Assembly: GCA_963832165.1 (NCBI GenBank)
Contig: CAWHTE010000007.1
Span: 416,001 to 480,000 of the forward strand
Direction: 5' to 3'
DNA length: 64,000 bases
Origin: an uncultured delta proteobacterium
GTDB taxonomy: Bacteria; Myxococcota_A; UBA9160; SMWR01
The position numbers were made by a program, and so were the translations under genes. Shown in pieces: positions 57,177-64,000 of the stretch. Numbering within the stretch: the stretch's first letter is position 1; each line of letters opens with the position of its first letter. The notes under the pieces are model-generated. The model worked only from the letters and a program-made list of their open reading frames with translations, did no database searches and was not told the DNA's origin.

Positions 57177-58454
57177 GTGATCACGCGTGAGCAGGCGCTT
57201 GCCTATCACTCCGAAGGCCGCCCCGGCAAGATCAAGATCAGCCCCACCAAGCCCACGGCGACCCAGCGGGACCTGTCGCTCGCCTACACCCCTGGGGTCG
57301 CCGAGCCGTGCCGCGAGATCGCGCGCCACCCGGACGAGGTCTACCGCTACACGTGCCGCGGCAACCTGGTGGCCGTGGTGACCAACGGCAGCGCGGTGCT
57401 CGGACTCGGGAACATCGGGCCGCTCGCGGGCAAGCCCGTGATGGAAGGCAAGGCGGTCCTGTTCAAGCGCTTCGCCGACATCGACGTGTTCGACATCGAG
57501 ATCGACAGCCAGGACATCGACGAGATCGTGCGCACGGTGCAGCTGATCTCTCCGACGTTCGGCGGGATCAACCTCGAGGACATCCGCGCACCCGAGTGCT
57601 TCGAGATCGAGACGCGGCTGATCGAGACGCTCGACATCCCGGTCTTCCACGACGATCAGCACGGCACCGCGATCATATCGGGTGCGGCACTGCTCAACGC
57701 CATCAAGCTGACCTCGCGCACGCTTGGCGAGCTCAACGTGGTCGTGAACGGCGCGGGCGCGGCCGGCATCGCTTGCGCGCGGCTGTACCGCGACCTCGGT
57801 GTCCCCGCGCGCAGCATCACGCTCTGCGACAGCAACGGGGTGATCTACGAGGGCCGCCGCGAGGGGATGAACCCGTACAAGGCGGAGTGGGCGTGGCCGA
57901 CCTCGGCCCGCACGCTCGCGCAGGCGCTGAGCGGCGCCGACGTGTTCGTCGGTCTCTCCCAGGCCGGCGTCGTGTCCGAGGACATGGTCCGCAGCATGGC
58001 CGACCAGCCGATCATCTTCGCGATGGCGAACCCCGACCCCGAGATCACGCCCGACGCAGTGCGGCGCGCGCGCTCCGACGCGATCATCGCCACGGGCCGC
58101 TCGGACTACCCGAACCAGGTCAACAACGTGCTCGGGTTCCCGTTCATCTTCCGCGGCGCGCTCGACGTGCGCGCGCGCAAGATCAACGAGGAGATGAAGC
58201 TCGCCGCGGTGCACGCACTGGCCGAGCTCGCGCTGCGCGGCGAGGCCGTACCCCAGGTGGTGCGCGACGCCTACCCCAACGACGTATTCGACTTCGGCCC
58301 CAACTACATCATCCCGAAGCCGTTCGATCCGCGGATCCTCATGTACGTGCCGGTCGCGGTGGCGCAGGCCGCGATGGAGAGCGGCGTGGCTCGGCATAAG
58401 CTCGACCTCGCGGAATACACGCGCAGGCTCGAGGAGACAGTCGCGAACCTCTAG
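57177..58454 (+). CDS. NAD(P)-dependent malic enzyme (no PTA domain)
   Basis: [40 protein letters not shown]. Confidence 0.92.
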   Translation: MITREQALAYHSEGRPGKIKISPTKPTATQRDLSLAYTPGVAEPCREIARHPDEVYRYTCRGNLVAVVTNGSAVLGLGNIGPLAGKPVMEGKAVLFKRFADIDVFDIEIDSQDIDEIVRTVQLISPTFGGINLEDIRAPECFEIETRLIETLDIPVFHDDQHGTAIISGAALLNAIKLTSRTLGELNVVVNGAGAAGIACARLYRDLGVPARSITLCDSNGVIYEGRREGMNPYKAEWAWPTSARTLAQALSGADVFVGLSQAGVVSEDMVRSMADQPIIFAMANPDPEITPDAVRRARSDAIIATGRSDYPNQVNNVLGFPFIFRGALDVRARKINEEMKLAAVHALAELALRGEAVPQVVRDAYPNDVFDFGPNYIIPKPFDPRILMYVPVAVAQAAMESGVARHKLDLAEYTRRLEETVANL

Positions 58455-58456
58455 GA

Positions 58457-60121
58457 ATGGCCGCGCCCGCCTCGTCATCTTCGCGCTACCGGCTCGACAA
58501 CCCGCTCGCGCCCGCGCCGCCGGCCGGGCACGCGGAGGACGGCGTCTACACGCAGGCGCTCGAGCTCGGGCTCGACCTGCTCGAACGCCCCAAGCGCGGA
58601 GGCGGCCCCGACCGAGTACGCATCCAGCACTCCAAGCAGCGCATGACCGTGTTCGAGCGGATCCGCGTGCTCACGGATTGCGAGCCCAACCTCACGTTCC
58701 AGAACTGGGGGCCGAGCCTCGACGGCGCGTCGATCGTGACGGGCATCCTCGACATCGGCGGGCGCGACGTCGCCGTCTACGGCCACGACTTCACGCTGCG
58801 CGCGGGCTCGATGGACGCGACCAACGGCGCCAAGCTCGCGCGCCTGATCTACATGGCCGCGGACCGCCGCATCCCGCTGATCGGCATGAACGACTCGGCC
58901 GGCGCGTTCGTGCCCGCAGGAGTCGGCGGTCTCGACGGCTACAGCGAGGCGTTCACGGCGCTGCGCCGGATCAGCGGCCTCGTACCGAGCATCAGCCTGA
59001 TGTTCGGGTACAACGCGGGCGGCGGCGCGTACCTTCCGCGCCAGGGCTCGTTCGTGATCCAGGCGGGAGACACGTTCATCGGCCTCACGGGCCCGGGCGT
59101 GGTCAAGAGCGTGCTCGGCGAGGACGTCAGCGCCGAAGACCTGGGCGGGCCCGGCGTGCACGGGATGAACGGCGTCGCCGATCTCACGACCGACGACGAG
59201 CTCGGCGCGCTGCGCACGGCGATCCGGCTGCTCGGCTACCTGCCCAACCACAACGCCGAGTTTGCGCCGTTCGGCCCGACCAGCGATCCGATCGACCGCT
59301 TCACGGTCGAGGAGGACATCCTGTTCCGGCGCACGTTCCGCCAGCCGGCCGGCATGAACTCGCCGCTCGACATCACGCTCTTCGTCCAGCAGATCTGCGA
59401 CCACGGCGAGTACTTCGAGCTGCAGCCCGCGCGCGCGCGCAACCTGATCACGGCATTCGGCCGGATCGGCGGCCACGTGATCGGGATCGTCGCGAACAAC
59501 TCGGCCGTGGCGTCGGGGCAGATCGACATCGGCGCGGCGCGCAAGGGCACGCGCTTCATACGCTTCTGCAACCTCTACAACATCCCGCTGATCTTCCTCG
59601 AAGACACCACGGGATTCCTGCCCGGCAAGGAGCAGGAGGCCGGCGGCATCATCCTCGAGGGCCGCCACTTCCTCGACTCGATCATCGACGTGCGCGTGCC
59701 GTCGATGACGCTGATCATCCGCAACGCATTCGGCGGCGCCTACGCGAGCTACAACTCGCACTTCGTGGGCGCGGACATGGTGTTCACGATGCCGATGGCG
59801 CGGATCGCCGTGATGGGGCCCGCGGGCAAGGAGTTCGTGTACAAGGACGAGATCCGCGAGCTCGACGCGGCCTACCGCAAGGCGGTTGCGGGCGGCACTC
59901 CGAAGGACAAGGCCGACGCCGCGCGCGACGCGGGCCTGGCCGCGCTCACGGCGCGCTACGAGGGCGAGCTGATGAACCCGAAGGAAGCGCTCGCGCTGGG
60001 CTCGGTGTCGCGCGTGGTGATGCCGGGCACCAGCCGCCGCGTGCTCGCGCAGAACCTGAACTTCCTGATGCGCACCTACACGCCGTCGGCGATGGGCGGG
60101 CCGCAGCGGGAGTTCGAATAA
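58457..60121 (+). CDS. Acyl-CoA carboxylase carboxyltransferase subunit
   Basis: DFT..AGS, DSAGA, GPGVVK...[19 protein letters not shown]. Confidence 0.9.
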   Translation: MAAPASSSSRYRLDNPLAPAPPAGHAEDGVYTQALELGLDLLERPKRGGGPDRVRIQHSKQRMTVFERIRVLTDCEPNLTFQNWGPSLDGASIVTGILDIGGRDVAVYGHDFTLRAGSMDATNGAKLARLIYMAADRRIPLIGMNDSAGAFVPAGVGGLDGYSEAFTALRRISGLVPSISLMFGYNAGGGAYLPRQGSFVIQAGDTFIGLTGPGVVKSVLGEDVSAEDLGGPGVHGMNGVADLTTDDELGALRTAIRLLGYLPNHNAEFAPFGPTSDPIDRFTVEEDILFRRTFRQPAGMNSPLDITLFVQQICDHGEYFELQPARARNLITAFGRIGGHVIGIVANNSAVASGQIDIGAARKGTRFIRFCNLYNIPLIFLEDTTGFLPGKEQEAGGIILEGRHFLDSIIDVRVPSMTLIIRNAFGGAYASYNSHFVGADMVFTMPMARIAVMGPAGKEFVYKDEIRELDAAYRKAVAGGTPKDKADAARDAGLAALTARYEGELMNPKEALALGSVSRVVMPGTSRRVLAQNLNFLMRTYTPSAMGGPQREFE

Positions 60122-62859
60122 TGCGCGGGCGCGATCTGGTACGGCGCGCCTACGCCGAGGGCGACTCCTCCTGGGTGCGCTCGTTCGACCCGGCGCCGAT
60201 CAAGTGCCTCGTGGTATGCCGCGGACCGGTCCGGCTCGAGGCGTTCGAGATCTTCGACGCGATCGGCGTCCGCGAGTACGGGATGCTGCTCTCGGAGAAG
60301 GACTCGGTGATCTACCCGCGCTGCCTCGCACCCGAGCTGCGCGGGTTCCGATTCCCCCAGAACGTGCACCGCGTGCCCGACTACATGGGCGTCGGCCAGG
60401 CCGAGAAGCAGCAGCGAATCCGCGAGATCGTCGAGATCGCGGCGTCACATGGCTACACCCACATCTTCGCGGGCTACGGCTTCATGGCCGAAGACGCCGA
60501 GTTCATCGAGGCGATCGAGCGCGCGGGCGTGGGCTTCATGGGGCCGTCGTCGCGCGTGGTGCGCAGCGCGGGCGCCAAGGACGAGGCGAAGAAGCTCGCG
60601 CGTTCGCTCGGCAACTCGGTGATCCCGGGCGTCGACACCGTGAGCGCGCGCGCGCTGCTACGCCGTGCAGCGGATCGCAGGGCGCTCGAAGCGCTCGCAG
60701 CCGAGCACGGGCTCACCTTCACGTGGGACCCCTCGGCCGAGCTCGAGGAGAACGCCGAAGCGCTGCTGCAGGCCGGCTACGCGAAGCTCGTCGAGCTCGT
60801 CGCGATCGAGGAGCTCCAGGCGCAGGCCGAGATCGAGTGCCGCGCGATCTGGCGCGAGTACGCGAGCCAGCGGATCCGCTTCAAGCACATCGGCGGCGGC
60901 GGCGGCAAGGGCCAGCGCGTGGTGTCGCGCGTGGAGCAGGTCAAGCCCGCGGTGATGGACGTGCTCGCGGAGTCGAAGGTGCTCCCGCCCGGCTCGAACC
61001 GGAACTTCCTGATCGAGCTGAATCTCGAGAGCACGCGGCACAACGAGATCCAGCTGATCGGCAACGGCCGCTGGTGCATCGCGCTGGGCGGCCGCGACTG
61101 CTCGGTGCAGATGCACGAGCAGAAGCTCGTCGAGGTGTCGCTCACGCACGAGCTGCTCGACGCCGAGATTGCGCTCACGACCGGCAAGACGCGCGAGATC
61201 CTCGAGGGCGACCGCGGCACGCTCGAGCGCATGGAGAACGAGGGCTCGCGCTTCGGCCAGGCGGTCCGGCTCGACAGCGTCTCCACGTTCGAGTGCATCG
61301 TCGAGGGCTTCGATCACTTCTTCATGGAGATGAACACGCGAATCCAGGTCGAGCACGGCGTCACCGAGCTCGTCTACCGCCTCAAGTTCACCAACCCCGA
61401 CGATCCGAACGATTGCTTCTACGTCGACGAGCTGATCGAGGCAATGGCGCTGCTCGCGCTGCACGGCGCGCGGCTGCCCGAGCCCGAGCGCGTGCCGCGC
61501 GCGGTGTCGGGCGTCGAGGTGCGGATCAACGCCACGAACCAGGCGCTCCAGCCGCACGCGGGCGGGCTCGTGCGCGGCTGGTCGAAGGCGATCCCGGGCG
61601 AGATCCGCTTCGATCAGGGGATCGGCGCGCGCAACCCGGACACGGGCTCGTTCATCTACTACTCGCTCGCGGGCGCCTACGACTCGAACATCGCGCTCTT
61701 GCTCACCGACGGCGACGGGCGCCGCCACAACTACGAGCGCATGGCCGAGGTGCTGCGCTGCATGGAGCTGCGCGGCGACGATCTCCAGACCAACGCGCCC
61801 GTGCACTACGGGCTGATCAACTGGTTCCTCGGCAAGGGCCCGCTGGCCGAGCCCGACACGCGCTTCATGGCGTCCTACCTGGCTGCGGTCGGCGCGCTCG
61901 CCCAGCTCGCGCGCGACGTCGATCTCGAGCTCGCGATGGGCGAGATGGCGCGCGCGATGCCCGACGCCGAGGCGAGCGCGGTGTTCGCGAATAAACAGAC
62001 GCTGCTCCTACGCCCGATCCAGCGGCTGCTCGCGAACGCGCATGTGCTCGGCGGGTTCCTGGGCCGCTTCGACGGCGTCCTCTGGACCACGCGCGATGCC
62101 GAGCCCGTATTCACGGACAACCCGATCCGCTTCCTGCGCGAGCTCTACCACTACCTGCAGATGGAGGAGAACCCCGAGACACCTCCGGCGGAGAAGATCT
62201 GGGAGGACGACGCGCTGATCCTCGGCGCGGCGGAGGCGTTCTACGCCGAGGTGACGCGGCGCTCGGGCGCGCGCGGAGCCGATTTCGAGAAGCTGTTCTC
62301 GGGCAAGCGCGACGACCGCCTGACCCAGGACGACGCGCTCTGGCAGGCGTGTGTCGCGGCGCACCGCGGGCACCAGCTAGGGCTCGAGCTCCTGCTCGTG
62401 ATCCCGCGCCTGGGCATCCGCTCGGGCTTCTCCGAGGTCACCGTCGACGAGACGCTCAAGGTGGTATTCCCGGCGCGCTTCCTCGACGCGGACAAGGCGT
62501 CGGAGTTCGCCAAGGCGCTCGCGCCGCCGCCGCCCGCGAGCGCGGACGAGATCGTCACGCCGATGGGCGGCGCCTACTACGCGCGCGAGGCGCCCCATCT
62601 TCCCCAGATGGTGTCGGTTGGCCAGCACTTCGACGCGGGCCAGCCTCTCTTCATCATCGAGGTGATGAAGATGTTCAACAAGGTGCTCGCGCCGTTCGCG
62701 GGCACCGTCACCGAAGAGCTGATGGCGGGCAAGGACGGCACCGTCGTCGCGAAGGGTCAGAAGATCTTCTCGATCGAACCCGACGTGCGCATGGAGCCCG
62801 AATCCGAGTCCGCGCGCGCCGCGCGCGTCAGGGCTGCGACACTCGCGTTGCTCTCCTGA
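60121..62859 (+). CDS. Biotin carboxylase fused to C-terminal biotin carrier domain, with large insertions
   Basis: GYGFMAE, GGGGKG, RDCSVQ, EMNTRIQVEH, EVMKM; TAATG coupling with the CT gene. Confidence 0.9.
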   Translation: MRGRDLVRRAYAEGDSSWVRSFDPAPIKCLVVCRGPVRLEAFEIFDAIGVREYGMLLSEKDSVIYPRCLAPELRGFRFPQNVHRVPDYMGVGQAEKQQRIREIVEIAASHGYTHIFAGYGFMAEDAEFIEAIERAGVGFMGPSSRVVRSAGAKDEAKKLARSLGNSVIPGVDTVSARALLRRAADRRALEALAAEHGLTFTWDPSAELEENAEALLQAGYAKLVELVAIEELQAQAEIECRAIWREYASQRIRFKHIGGGGGKGQRVVSRVEQVKPAVMDVLAESKVLPPGSNRNFLIELNLESTRHNEIQLIGNGRWCIALGGRDCSVQMHEQKLVEVSLTHELLDAEIALTTGKTREILEGDRGTLERMENEGSRFGQAVRLDSVSTFECIVEGFDHFFMEMNTRIQVEHGVTELVYRLKFTNPDDPNDCFYVDELIEAMALLALHGARLPEPERVPRAVSGVEVRINATNQALQPHAGGLVRGWSKAIPGEIRFDQGIGARNPDTGSFIYYSLAGAYDSNIALLLTDGDGRRHNYERMAEVLRCMELRGDDLQTNAPVHYGLINWFLGKGPLAEPDTRFMASYLAAVGALAQLARDVDLELAMGEMARAMPDAEASAVFANKQTLLLRPIQRLLANAHVLGGFLGRFDGVLWTTRDAEPVFTDNPIRFLRELYHYLQMEENPETPPAEKIWEDDALILGAAEAFYAEVTRRSGARGADFEKLFSGKRDDRLTQDDALWQACVAAHRGHQLGLELLLVIPRLGIRSGFSEVTVDETLKVVFPARFLDADKASEFAKALAPPPPASADEIVTPMGGAYYAREAPHLPQMVSVGQHFDAGQPLFIIEVMKMFNKVLAPFAGTVTEELMAGKDGTVVAKGQKIFSIEPDVRMEPESESARAARVRAATLALLS

Positions 62860-62902
62860 GAGATCCGCGGGGCGTGAACCGCGGGCAACCACGTGGCGCG
62901 CG

Positions 62903-63391
62903 CTATTCCAGCAGGCTCCGCAGCATCCACGCCGTCTTCTCGTGCAGCTGCATGCGCTGCGTGAGCAGGTCGCACGTGGGCTGGTCGCCCGCCTCCTCGG
63001 CGATCGGGAACCCGTCGCGGGCCGTGCGCGCACACGCCTCGTGCCCCTTCACGAGCAGCCGCACCATCTCCATCGCCTTCGGAACCCCGCGCTGCTCGGG
63101 AATCGAGGACAGCTTGGCGAACTGCTCGTAGGTGCCCGGCGCCGGAAATCCGAGCGCGCGGATCCGCTCCGCGACGAGGTCGACCGCGAGCGCGGCCTCG
63201 TTGTAGTGCTGCTCGAACATCAGGTGCAGCGTGTTGAACATCGGGCCCGTCACGTTCCAGTGGAAGTTGTGCGTCTTCAGGTAGAGCGTGTACTCGTCGG
63301 CGAGCAGACGAGACAAGCTCTGCGCGATCGCGTTGCGCTGCTGTGCCGGGATGCCCGTGTCGATCTTGGGGGCGGATTGCTTCGTGGCCAC
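62903..63391 (-). CDS. dps: Dps family ferritin-like DNA-protection protein
   Basis: [17 protein letters not shown]...D.VAERI. Confidence 0.95.
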   Translation of the reverse strand: MATKQSAPKIDTGIPAQQRNAIAQSLSRLLADEYTLYLKTHNFHWNVTGPMFNTLHLMFEQHYNEAALAVDLVAERIRALGFPAPGTYEQFAKLSSIPEQRGVPKAMEMVRLLVKGHEACARTARDGFPIAEEAGDQPTCDLLTQRMQLHEKTAWMLRSLLE

Positions 63392-63472
63392 GTGGGTCTC
63401 CGTCGTGCGGGGATTGGATCACGACTATAGGCGAAGCGCGCGGCGCGGACGGTCGGGTAGCATGCGCCCGAG

Positions 63473-64000
63473 ATGCACGACCCGATTCCCTTCTCCGGCA
63501 GTCCGCTCGACCGCGAGGGGCTGCGCCGCCGCGACCGCGCCTGGCTCGACGAGCGCCTCGCGGATCCCACGAGCCGGTTCCTGCCCGTGTGGCAGGGCAA
63601 GCCGCTGCTCAAGCGCGAGCCGCGAGGTCTGGCCTGGGCGAAGCGCGAGTTCTTCGAAGACATCGAGGCGCCCGAGTCGGTGTTCCTGGGCAGCGGCGAC
63701 GGCGTCGCGCACTTCGCGATCGACGTGTCGGCGGTCGAGAAGCCCGAGGTCGCGTTCGGGATCGCCGACGTCGCGTCGTTCGACGACCTGCGCGCCGCGG
63801 TGGCGCTGCTGCCCGCCGGAGACGCGGCGATCGCGGCACACGCGCGCACGCTGATCGACTGGCACGTGCGCCACGGGCACTGCGCCGCGTGCGGCGGTCA
63901 CACGCGCAGCGTTCTCGGCGGTGCGAACCGGGTCTGCTTCGACTGCCAGGCCGAACACTTCCCGCGCACCGACCCCGTCGCGATCGCCGTGGTGGTGCGC
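63473..64000 (+). CDS. nudC: NADH pyrophosphatase, 3'-truncated by window edge
   Basis: WH..H.HC..CG...C..C...HFPRTDPVAI zinc finger leading into the Nudix domain. Confidence 0.9.
   Translation, partial: MHDPIPFSGSPLDREGLRRRDRAWLDERLADPTSRFLPVWQGKPLLKREPRGLAWAKREFFEDIEAPESVFLGSGDGVAHFAIDVSAVEKPEVAFGIADVASFDDLRAAVALLPAGDAAIAAHARTLIDWHVRHGHCAACGGHTRSVLGGANRVCFDCQAEHFPRTDPVAIAVVVR

Noticed and set aside
58678..62859. 1393-aa giant ORF
   Set aside because: The first ~480 codons are an Arg-rich shadow frame of the CT gene; the real start is ATG 60121.

Overview
High-GC bacterial chromosome segment. Gene content and style suggest a Myxococcota/deltaproteobacterial lineage (inference). It carries housekeeping genes (eno, argH-dapF-dapA-dapB, mrcB, lspA, dps, nudC, ygfZ, tRNA-Ala(CGC)) and a large nitrogen-assimilation block: nitrate reductase, an Fe-S/DmsC-type anchor, NirB-NirD, a porin, NasS/NasT, NrtABC, glnB-glnA and a second PII, with sigma-54 promoters and ANTAR-type leaders. 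Also present are an oxidative catabolic cluster (P450, TauD, Baeyer-Villiger monooxygenase, MFS), an IclR-malic enzyme-biotin carboxylase operon, a DHDPS-like aldolase next to a PfkB-SIS fusion, and a lower-GC beta-helix gene. The most unusual signals are two short repeat families. The first is a ~40-bp GCAAG..CGCGCAGCGAG-[GNA hairpin]-CGAGCGAAG element. It shows compensatory stem changes, nests inside its own hairpin, and is translated in-frame at protein termini. The second is a set of GTAG-type REP hairpins whose GTAG supplies the stop codon of three genes. Six apparent +1 frameshifts, five of them in the nitrate cluster, may be sequencing errors. No CRISPR array, transposase or integrase was seen.
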